A stretch of DNA of 32,000 nt, taken from NCBI GenBank assembly GCA_021498095.1, contig JAIZWK010000001.1:1710001-1742000 (forward strand), written 5' to 3'. The position numbers and the translations under genes are program-made. Each line of letters opens with the position of its first letter. Position 1 is the stretch's first letter. Below the pieces are notes generated by a model. That model saw only the letters and a program-made list of their open reading frames with translations. It was not told where the DNA came from and searched no databases. Of the stretch, positions 1-8,226 are shown one piece after another. The DNA is from Candidatus Harpocratesius repetitus. Lineage in GTDB: Archaea; Asgardarchaeota; Lokiarchaeia; Sigyniarchaeales; Promethearchaeaceae.

Positions 1-206
1 AACATAGACCTGTTATTGGATTTATTACTCATGGAGGGGGCGGAAAAGCTGAAAAAAAAATGCAAGAATTATTTTCCTTTCTTAATTTTGATTTTGTCGA
101 TCCAATTATTTCAGTGAAATTGGATAAAATCACTTCAAAAATTGAAACCCAAATTCAAAAAAACTGCTTGAAAATGCTCAAATTAATTCAAGAAAAGAAG
201 AAATAA
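1..206 (+). CDS. 3' end of a flavodoxin-like (WrbA/flavodoxin fold) protein, truncated by the window edge
   Basis: My translation of frame 3 is open from base 3 to TAA at 204-206: HRPVIGFITHGGGGKAEKKMQELFSFLNFDFVDPIISVKLDK...KKK*. The VIGFITHGGGG strand-loop resembles flavodoxin beta4 and the FMN-binding loop. Not in the supplied ORF track. Confidence 0.55.
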   Translation, partial: HRPVIGFITHGGGGKAEKKMQELFSFLNFDFVDPIISVKLDKITSKIETQIQKNCLKMLKLIQEKKK

Positions 207-233
207 ATTTTTATTTCTTATTGTGTTCTTTTT

Positions 234-1049
234 TCACTGATTTCGCTTTTGAATGAGTAAATCAACCATTTCAGAAAATCCTTTACCTGCTTCTTGATTT
301 GTGATGTATTTTGGCAAATATTTCATATCTTCTTGGAATCTGCGAATATTTGCAACTCCTACTGAATTTGGGAAAAATTCAAACATTGGTTGATCATTAG
401 GAGAATCACCAATAAAAAGAGCTTTATGCAAATTTATTGTGAGATCCAATTTGAGTAATTCTCTACTTAGCCTTTGAGTCATCTTTAACTTGTTAAAATC
501 TCCAAACCATCCATTTACATGGATGCTACTCACCTTTGTTGTTGCACCAAATTTATGAAAAATCTTTTCGATCTGGTTGATTTGTTCTTTCGAATGAGGT
601 GGTACATCTTCACAAAAATCAACTGCCATATCAAACAAACGATATGGTTGATCTGAAGCTAATGCAAGTGTTGATATTTGATTGAAGATTTCTTCTTTAA
701 TCTTTTCAAATTTGTGGCGATTCTCCTCAATTTCTTGCTTTGATTGGTAAAAAATCATGCGAAGTTTTGATGGATTCACAGAATCATCTAAATATGCATA
801 TAATGCACCATTTTCACCTACAACCCCTTTAACCGGCCAAAGTCTGGCAATTTGATCTACCCATCCTGCACATCTCCCAGTAATTGGCACAACATAAATT
901 CCCTCTTTTTTCAATCTCCAAAGTGCCTTATATGTTTCTGCTAATAGTTTTCCATGAAAAGTCAATGTATCATCAATATCACAAAAAACAACTGAGATTT
1001 GACGACATGTAGAAGAAGGAATTTCTGAAAAGGGAATAAAGGTTTCCAT
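234..1049 (-). CDS. HAD-superfamily hydrolase, subfamily IIB (Cof-like phosphatase)
   Basis: Motif I DIDDT, motif II ITGR, motif III Lys (FNKL), motif IV GDSPND; C2-type cap region between motifs II and III. Confidence 0.9.
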   Translation of the reverse strand: METFIPFSEIPSSTCRQISVVFCDIDDTLTFHGKLLAETYKALWRLKKEGIYVVPITGRCAGWVDQIARLWPVKGVVGENGALYAYLDDSVNPSKLRMIFYQSKQEIEENRHKFEKIKEEIFNQISTLALASDQPYRLFDMAVDFCEDVPPHSKEQINQIEKIFHKFGATTKVSSIHVNGWFGDFNKLKMTQRLSRELLKLDLTINLHKALFIGDSPNDQPMFEFFPNSVGVANIRRFQEDMKYLPKYITNQEAGKGFSEMVDLLIQKRNQ

Positions 1050-1098
1050 ATGATCAAGTGAAATTTTTATCTAATAATAAAATTTTTCAATTGAAATT

Positions 1099-1109
1099 AA
1101 AAAAAAAAA
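1099..1109 (-). terminator. Oligo-T tract (T11 on - strand), candidate archaeal intrinsic terminator
   Basis: A11 on + at 1099-1109, 11 nt downstream of the stop of 1121..1942(-). Archaeal terminators are typically U-tracts. Function is inferred. Confidence 0.4.
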
Positions 1110-1120
1110 GCTTATTTTCA

Positions 1121-1942
1121 TTAGCGCCTTTTCCTTTTCTTTTTATCTATTTTTACAACAGATACATCTACTTTATAACGATGTTGTGCAATTTGGAGAA
1201 GCAATTCAAACATATTATCTTCTACATTAGGATAATATTTTTGAAATTCAGTTAAAGCATCATCAAACGATATTTTCGACCAATTCTTTAAAAGCTCGAT
1301 TAGTGCTTCGCTCATATCAAAAAGCTGTTGAAATTCTTGCTGTAAAATCAAAACTTGTGATTCATCATCGATAATATCTAATGCTTTTTTAATTAATTCT
1401 TTTTCATAATCCAATTCAATATAGCGCCAAGGTGTATTTTCAATAAAACCTTCAGTTGTAATAACAAAAGTATCATAGGTTGGCTTTTTCTTATATTCTA
1501 AATCATAATACCATGAAAAAAGAAATGGATTTTGGTATTTTTTTGGAATAAATTGAGCGAAAAAGCGATTATAAATCGGAGCAAGGTTTTTATGTTCGTA
1601 TTTTGTATGCAGTAATGTAATTGGCATATTAATAATAACTGCATGCAATATATTTTGAACGCAATAATCTCCGTATTTTTTAAGAAGATCACGGAGATAA
1701 ACTTTTTCTTTATTTTTTTCAATTTCTTCCAAATTTAGGGATAAATCTAATTTTTCATATCCTGCATTATTTCCAGATTTGCTAAAGAAAGCAAGAAAAC
1801 GATGTTCGCAACATATCCCTTCATCTATTTGTATCTTGATCAATCCAACTTTCTTGGTTTCGAATAAACTTGAAGGAACTTCTATATCTTTTTCTTTCGA
1901 ACATTCAGGACATATAATATGTACTTTCTTAGTTCCGCTCAT
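1121..1942 (-). CDS. Hypothetical protein with N-terminal Cys/His metal-binding motif (CPEC...CCEH)
   Basis: 273 aa ORF; ICPECSKEKDIEVP...GICCEHRFLAFF; alpha/beta middle region; helical C-terminus with basic tail KKKRKRR. Divergent from smc. Confidence 0.7.
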   Translation of the reverse strand: MSGTKKVHIICPECSKEKDIEVPSSLFETKKVGLIKIQIDEGICCEHRFLAFFSKSGNNAGYEKLDLSLNLEEIEKNKEKVYLRDLLKKYGDYCVQNILHAVIINMPITLLHTKYEHKNLAPIYNRFFAQFIPKKYQNPFLFSWYYDLEYKKKPTYDTFVITTEGFIENTPWRYIELDYEKELIKKALDIIDDESQVLILQQEFQQLFDMSEALIELLKNWSKISFDDALTEFQKYYPNVEDNMFELLLQIAQHRYKVDVSVVKIDKKKRKRR

Positions 1943-2175
1943 TAATTCATTCTCAAATTTCTTCCATATTTGAATTTTTTCATTTTGTTTAACAAATGAT
2001 TAATATTATTCAAATATGAATTAGAATGATATCTGGATATTATGTGATTTTAACTTATTTTTTGGATAGTATAAGCATATTATCGTGATATATTGAAATA
2101 GTGAAAAAAAGGATAGAAATTATCATCTATTCTAGTATTCTATTAAAAAATTCAAATATTTACAAGTGATTATAG

Positions 2176-5100
2176 ATGGTTTTTATTAAACGAATGATCT
2201 GTGCAGGATTTAAAAGTTTTAGAAAACGAACAATAATAAATTTTGATAAAGGTTTTACAGCTATTGTTGGTGCCAACGGTTCAGGAAAAAGCAATATTAT
2301 TGATGCATTTTCATTCGTTTTAGGTGAACTTTCATCAAAAGCACTTCGCGCAAATAACATAAGAGATTTAATTTCTAATGGAGGGAAAGGGTTTGAACCT
2401 TCTCAGACTGCATCAGTTGAGATTATATTCGATAATTCAGATAATGGTTTTACATTAAACACTCCAGAAGTTTGTATTTTACGAAAAGTTAACCGAAAAG
2501 GCCAGAGTGTATACAAAATTAATGGAAAGAGATCCACACGGAAAGAAATTGTAAATCTTCTTGATTTAGCGGGTTTTGTTCCTAACTCATCTAATATGAT
2601 TATGCAAGGAGAACTTTTTCGATTAATTAATATGAGTTCATCAGAAAGACGCGAATTAATTGAAGAAATTGCAGGAATTGCATCATATAATAATAAAAAG
2701 CAATCTGCTGAGGAAGAGCTCGCTCAAGTACAAACCAATCTATCTCAGATTTCTCTTCTCTTGAATGAATTATATAATCAACTAGAACAACTTGAAAAAG
2801 AAAAACAAGATGCAGAAAAATTTCTTGAACTTGAATCAAAAGAAAAAGTTCATAAAAACGCGCTTATTTTAACTCAAATCAAAAAGAATAAAACAGATTT
2901 ACAAATAATGGGTCAAAAACGGATAAAAATTACTAATCAAATAAAAATAATTAAAGAACAGCAAAATCAAATACAAAATGACATTAGTAATATTGAAAAA
3001 GAAATTGAAGATCTTCTTCCAAAAATTAAAGTTTTACAAGATGATGAATTGTTAAAATTAACACATCAAATGAAAAAAACAAAAGACGATATAACTGAAT
3101 TGAATGCTTCCATTAAATATGCAAAACAGAGTTTATCAAATTTTGAAAATGAACGACAAAAATTATTTTCAAAAATAAGTCAACTTGAACAAAATGAAAT
3201 GAAAATTCTTCAAGAAATTGATTTTCTCAATACTAAAAAAGAAAATATTAATGAAAAAATTCAAAAAAATAAAGAGATTATCAATAATTTCGATGAACAA
3301 CTAAAAAAAATCGATATCGATTATATTGAATTAAAAAATTCTGCAAAAGTTATTCAGAATGAAATAGATCAAGTAAAAGAATATAGAGCGAAAATTAACC
3401 TTGATATTAAAGTAAATGAAGAGCAAATTCATAACTTTAAGAATCAAAAATCAAAGTTAGAAAAGAAGATTTACGAAAAATTAAAGGAAATTGAAATATT
3501 GAAAAAAACTATTAAGGATTTAGAGAAAAAACGAGCTGAGAAATTAGGATTATCCGGTGTTCAATCATTTTCTAAAGGAAATATAGAGAAAAAAATCGAA
3601 GAATTAGAACAATTAATTAATCAATGGCAAAATGATTTGAGAAAATTAAAACCAGAACTTCTTGTAAAACAGCAGAAAGTATTTGAACTTCAATCACAAT
3701 TAAAATTAGAGAAAGAATTTAATCGATCTGATAGAATCGCCCGGATATTAAAAGAATTGAGGAATAAAAGCCAAATTAATGGAATTTATGGAAGTATCGC
3801 AGAATTAGGAACAACAGATCCAAAGTATCAAAAAGCATTAGAAATGGCAATTGGTTCCCGTTTTCAATATATTGTTGTAGATGATCAGCAAACTGGTGAA
3901 GAATGCATCAAATTTCTAAAGAAACACAATTTAGGAAGAGCATCATTTATTCCATTACAAGAAATTAAATATTCTCCCTTTTCATATAAAATTCCTAAAA
4001 ATGAAAAGATTTTTGGTCGAGCTGTCGATTTAATTGAATTTAATCAAAAATACTATCATGCTTTCGAATATATATTCGGACGCATCGTAATTGTTAAAGA
4101 TATTGCCACAGCACGTATGCTTCAAATTCCTGCAAAACGGGTTACTCTCGAGGGTGATATAGTTGACGGATCAAATTTAATGACTGGTGGAAAAATAAAC
4201 CGTTCATCAGGATTTGGGTTCTTTAATAAACAAAATAATCATGATAACTTAGACAATTTGAAAAATGAACTAAATCAATTTCAACAACATGAATCACAAT
4301 TAACCCTTCAAATTCGAAATGCTCAAAATGAAATCTCTCGCTTGTACAAGATAAAAATTTCGGGTGAAAATAAAACTAAAGAAATTGGAGAACAGATCGC
4401 TATAAGTAATGCCAAAATTCAACAAATACAAATAGATATCCACAAGGATGAACAAGAAATTGAAAAAATCAATATCGAGCTTAAAGAACGACAAGGTCAA
4501 TTGAATCAAAAACAAAATGAATACTACGAAGTTTCAACTAAATTGGATGGATTAAATTCTCGTTTATCTGAAGTACAACGAAAACTTGAATCATCAGAAG
4601 AAAATAAAATAAAGCAAGAACTAAAAAAAATGGAATCAGAATTATCAAGTTTGAACCAAGAATTAAATAAAATTGAAATTGAATTGACAAAAAAGCAGAC
4701 TATTTTGAATAATACAATTCGAAAAAACCGCATGGATGCTCAAACTTCTATTCAAGAAAAAAATAATCAGATAGAGCAAATTCATCTTTCTCTTCAGCAA
4801 CTTTCAGATCGTTTAAATGAACTAAAAGCAAAAGAGGCTGAATTAAGTGGAAAAATCAGTCTGAAAAGTCAAAAAGTGGCAGGATTAATTAAAGAAAGAA
4901 ATGAATTAACTCTAAAACTTTCTAATAAAAGAACTAAATTAGGTGCTCTATCTAATCAAATTCATCCACTCAATATGGAACTTAATACCCTTGAAATTAA
5001 AGGAGATGAGCTTGAAATTAAAATACAAGAGTTACATTGTCAAATTAACCCAGAAGTAAATGTTGATTCTAATTTACTTGAAAAATTACCTGATTTTCAT

Positions 5101-5796
5101 CAAAAAGAATTAAATAGAATTGAAAAAGCAAAAATAGATATCGGACCAGTAAATTTACGTGCAATCGATAAGTATCAAACAATATATGAAAGATTTTCAG
5201 AACTACAACAAAAAAATGAACAAGTTATTGAAGAGCGTGAGGCTATTCTTGCTTTTATCGATTCATTAGAGAAAGAAAAACTTAGAGTTTTTATGAATAC
5301 GTTTAATGCAATAAATAGTAATTTCGGGTATGTATTTACTAAGCTTTCTCCTGGAGGTGAAGCCAAATTAGAATTAGAATCTCCAGAATCTCCCTTCGAA
5401 GGAGGAATTGAAATACTTGCGCGACCAGGGGAAAAAAAGTGGTGTTTGACGCAAGCAATGTCTGGTGGCGAAAAAACTTTAACAATTATTGCTCTTATCT
5501 TAGGAATTCAGATGCATGTTCCATCACCTTATTATATTTTAGATGAAATTGATGCAGCTCTAGACGATGTTAATGCTGCATTGGTTGCTGATATGATAAA
5601 AGAATTATCTGAAAAATCCCAATTCATTATTATTACCCATCGCAATGTTACTATGGCTCGTGTTGATCATTTATTAGGTGTATCAAATATTGAAGGAGTT
5701 ACTTCTGTTTTGAATTTAAGCATTCAAAAAGTAATTCAACAATTAAATTCAAATGAAAATGCAGATGATTCTTATGAAATATCTCAGGTGGCATAG
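2176..5796 (+). CDS. smc: Chromosome segregation protein SMC (condensin-type)
   Basis: 1206 aa; Walker A GANGSGKSN, Q-loop IMQG, long coiled coils, hinge (GIYGSIAELG...LGRASFIPL...VTLEGD), signature MSGGEK, Walker B/D-loop LDEIDAALD, H-switch ITHR. Confidence 0.98.
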   Translation: MVFIKRMICAGFKSFRKRTIINFDKGFTAIVGANGSGKSNIIDAFSFVLGELSSKALRANNIRDLISNGGKGFEPSQTASVEIIFDNSDNGFTLNTPEVCILRKVNRKGQSVYKINGKRSTRKEIVNLLDLAGFVPNSSNMIMQGELFRLINMSSSERRELIEEIAGIASYNNKKQSAEEELAQVQTNLSQISLLLNELYNQLEQLEKEKQDAEKFLELESKEKVHKNALILTQIKKNKTDLQIMGQKRIKITNQIKIIKEQQNQIQNDISNIEKEIEDLLPKIKVLQDDELLKLTHQMKKTKDDITELNASIKYAKQSLSNFENERQKLFSKISQLEQNEMKILQEIDFLNTKKENINEKIQKNKEIINNFDEQLKKIDIDYIELKNSAKVIQNEIDQVKEYRAKINLDIKVNEEQIHNFKNQKSKLEKKIYEKLKEIEILKKTIKDLEKKRAEKLGLSGVQSFSKGNIEKKIEELEQLINQWQNDLRKLKPELLVKQQKVFELQSQLKLEKEFNRSDRIARILKELRNKSQINGIYGSIAELGTTDPKYQKALEMAIGSRFQYIVVDDQQTGEECIKFLKKHNLGRASFIPLQEIKYSPFSYKIPKNEKIFGRAVDLIEFNQKYYHAFEYIFGRIVIVKDIATARMLQIPAKRVTLEGDIVDGSNLMTGGKINRSSGFGFFNKQNNHDNLDNLKNELNQFQQHESQLTLQIRNAQNEISRLYKIKISGENKTKEIGEQIAISNAKIQQIQIDIHKDEQEIEKINIELKERQGQLNQKQNEYYEVSTKLDGLNSRLSEVQRKLESSEENKIKQELKKMESELSSLNQELNKIEIELTKKQTILNNTIRKNRMDAQTSIQEKNNQIEQIHLSLQQLSDRLNELKAKEAELSGKISLKSQKVAGLIKERNELTLKLSNKRTKLGALSNQIHPLNMELNTLEIKGDELEIKIQELHCQINPEVNVDSNLLEKLPDFHQKELNRIEKAKIDIGPVNLRAIDKYQTIYERFSELQQKNEQVIEEREAILAFIDSLEKEKLRVFMNTFNAINSNFGYVFTKLSPGGEAKLELESPESPFEGGIEILARPGEKKWCLTQAMSGGEKTLTIIALILGIQMHVPSPYYILDEIDAALDDVNAALVADMIKELSEKSQFIIITHRNVTMARVDHLLGVSNIEGVTSVLNLSIQKVIQQLNSNENADDSYEISQVA

Positions 5797-5801
5797 AGAA
5801 A

Positions 5802-6392
5802 ATGACTCAAAAAGATAATAGATTTGATGAATCCGTATCATTAGAATCTGAAAATCTCCAATTACAATTAGAAGCTCTAATTTTCAGTTCATCCCAAGGG
5901 ATATCTTTAAATGAGATTAAGAAAATATTGAAAATTGAAAATTCAATCATAATTAAAAATCTTATCAAACAAATTAATCAAATTTATATCAAAAATAATT
6001 CTGTGCTGAGAATTTCATTCGATGGAAAGAAATTCCGTCATGAACTTTTAGATTCACTCTTAGATCATCCTATAATTCAACCTTTTACTGCTGGTTCAGA
6101 TATGTCCCTTTCACAAATCAAGACACTTGCATTTGTTGCTTATAATCAACCAGTAGAATTTCAAGATATAGTTGACTTTGTTGGAAGGGGCTCTAAGAAA
6201 GCTCTGGAAAATCTTGTTCACAGAAATTTTCTTTCATTTTATATAGAAAAATACACCATCTTAAATGAAAAAGGGAAGGAAAAAATCATTCGTGTGAAAA
6301 TTTTTAAAACAACTGATCGATTTGCGGAATACTTTCATTTACCAAATGATATACCCAGTATTCAGCAATGTTTTGAAAAGATATTGGAATAG
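5802..6392 (+). CDS. scpB: SMC-Scp complex subunit ScpB (kite, tandem winged helix)
   Basis: LEALIFSS..GISL (ScpB EAlLF motif), KTLAFVAYNQPV (EtLAiIAYxQP motif), KTTDRFAEYFHL (TTxxFLxxFGL motif); starts 5 nt after the smc stop. Confidence 0.88.
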   Translation: MTQKDNRFDESVSLESENLQLQLEALIFSSSQGISLNEIKKILKIENSIIIKNLIKQINQIYIKNNSVLRISFDGKKFRHELLDSLLDHPIIQPFTAGSDMSLSQIKTLAFVAYNQPVEFQDIVDFVGRGSKKALENLVHRNFLSFYIEKYTILNEKGKEKIIRVKIFKTTDRFAEYFHLPNDIPSIQQCFEKILE

Positions 6393-6435
6393 TTAATATA
6401 CTTAGTAATTAATTAGGAAATAATGTTTCTTATTT

Positions 6436-8226
6436 TCATTTCTTATATATATTTCGAATTTCTTTAATTACTAAGCCAATCAGATCATTCACTTTTGCAA
6501 TACAATAAAATTTTGCCCCCATATCTTGTAAATTTCGAAATTCTGGATTACTTAATTCTTCTTCTCTTCCATTTATAAAAAAACAGATCAGCATATTTCC
6601 CATTTGCAGAATTGAAAGAAATTCATGATATGCCTGATCCCAGTTGGAAATTTCAAAATCTGTAATTATTAAAACACAACAAGGTGCAATGGCTTTTTTT
6701 ACAATCTTAACTATTTTATTACTCGGAAGAATTGTCCCACTTCCTTGATAATCTAATAAAATCTTTTCTAAATCGTATATATTATTCGACCATTCTAAAT
6801 ATCGGGCTTTTTCTGAGAAATTTATCACTGATACATATGATCCATGCATAATTGCATAATATAATGCAGCAAAACTTGCTAGTAAAGCCAAATGAAATTC
6901 GCCAGAAATCTTATTTCTTGAAAAATTCCATCCCATTGATCCAGAACTATCTAAAACTATCATTAAATCAGGAAGTTGTTCATTAATTTCAATACCAGTG
7001 CCTAGTTTGTAATTCCATTTTTTAGTAGTAATATTGGGAATGAAAATTGGACTGGAAATTAACGATTGGATCACATCTAATTTTTCAATCGGATCACCAA
7101 TTCGCCATTTTTCGACTGAAATAGGAATAGAACCACCTTGTTTATGAGTTACAATTTCTATCTTGATTAGATTTTTCGCATGACTACGATACCAAATTGC
7201 TAGTTTTTCTATGCTGTCTGTTACGCCATAAAGTTGCGCAATGGCATTAAATCTCCCGAATGATTGATTTTTAGCAAAATTCTCTAAGTTTTCTTTAATT
7301 GAAGGCTCCTTTTTTTGAGATTCTTGACCATCAGACGAAGCCTCGGTCTTTACTTGATCAAAATCGATATTTTGTGTAAAATCACCAAAAGTACTTTGAA
7401 CATCTTCAGGAATTTGAAGTGGATTTTCTATGATACCACCAAATGTTTCTGAATCTGATTGATTTGAATTTTTTGAATTTGAATTATATTGAATTCTTTC
7501 TTTTATTGAACATTCTTCTTTTAGTATAGGTTTCAATAGATTTGCGATTTTCTTCAAATTTTTATGCCATTTTTCTTCTCGATCGATAGAATCTTGAATT
7601 GCATTGCATATTTTTTTAGTTATTTCATGTTCTATTGGATCTATGATTGAATTTGGGAGAAAATTTTTATTCCATAGTAATTCATAACTGTGAATTAAAA
7701 TTTTCCATAGTTTACTTGCTTGTTTAAATTGCTCTGGTTTATTATTAAATGAAATATGCTTTTGAAGCTCCCATTCCATAATTTTTGGAAAATGCTGATG
7801 ATTTTTAGAATCTATAATTAAATCACTAAATATGTTTACAATAATAGGTACATAATAAACGTAAATTTTTGTATCCAAAACTGTATTTAAGAGCTGCATG
7901 TTGGTAAAATTATCGTATGGACAAAATATATAGTGGGAAAGTTCATGAATACTAAGAGAAAAAAAAAAATCATAGTATTCTTTTGATAAAACAATATCAT
8001 GAGTATTTGCTAAATTTAAAGTGATTCTATAGGTCTCAAGGTCAATAAAAAATCCCGTATCTTTACTATAATCGAAAATAAAATTAGGATCTGGCAATGT
8101 AGGATAATAAAAAAATTTTAATGCATCGTCATAGGCTTTTTGAGCAATTTCTTGGATTTTTATTTCTTCTGAGGTGAGTTGTGGTTCTTTTTTAAATGAC
8201 ATTGAGTTTACCTTGTTATTGTTCAT
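6436..8226 (-). CDS. VWA (MIDAS) domain protein with N-terminal HExxH metallopeptidase-like domain; MoxR partner
   Basis: HELSH at 7933-7947, low-complexity linker (NSNSKNSNQSDS), C-terminal VWA with VLDSSGSM, GSGT and IITDFE; overlaps the MoxR-like ATPase gene by 11 nt. Confidence 0.82.
   Translation of the reverse strand: MNNNKVNSMSFKKEPQLTSEEIKIQEIAQKAYDDALKFFYYPTLPDPNFIFDYSKDTGFFIDLETYRITLNLANTHDIVLSKEYYDFFFSLSIHELSHYIFCPYDNFTNMQLLNTVLDTKIYVYYVPIIVNIFSDLIIDSKNHQHFPKIMEWELQKHISFNNKPEQFKQASKLWKILIHSYELLWNKNFLPNSIIDPIEHEITKKICNAIQDSIDREEKWHKNLKKIANLLKPILKEECSIKERIQYNSNSKNSNQSDSETFGGIIENPLQIPEDVQSTFGDFTQNIDFDQVKTEASSDGQESQKKEPSIKENLENFAKNQSFGRFNAIAQLYGVTDSIEKLAIWYRSHAKNLIKIEIVTHKQGGSIPISVEKWRIGDPIEKLDVIQSLISSPIFIPNITTKKWNYKLGTGIEINEQLPDLMIVLDSSGSMGWNFSRNKISGEFHLALLASFAALYYAIMHGSYVSVINFSEKARYLEWSNNIYDLEKILLDYQGSGTILPSNKIVKIVKKAIAPCCVLIITDFEISNWDQAYHEFLSILQMGNMLICFFINGREEELSNPEFRNLQDMGAKFYCIAKVNDLIGLVIKEIRNIYKK

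Noticed and set aside
1121-1942. Divergent 273-aa gene as the missing kleisin ScpA
   Set aside because: No N-terminal kleisin helical motif (DPWDI-like); the Cys/His N-terminus and alpha/beta middle do not fit.
4990-5022. Direct repeat CTTGAAATTAAA in smc
   Set aside because: It only encodes LEIK twice in a coiled coil; two copies, no array.
2176-6392. smc plus kite as a Wadjet/MksBEF-type defence system or Rad50/SbcC
   Set aside because: The SMC has a canonical hinge and condensin-type head motifs; there is no JetA/JetD (Toprim nuclease) or Mre11 neighbour, and gene order does not match.
7959-7969. T11 (coding strand) in the VWA gene and A11 (10009-10019) in the MoxR gene as slippage sites
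   Set aside because: Both frames are intact and runs of 9-11 occur repeatedly in this AT-rich sequence; no evidence of frameshifting.
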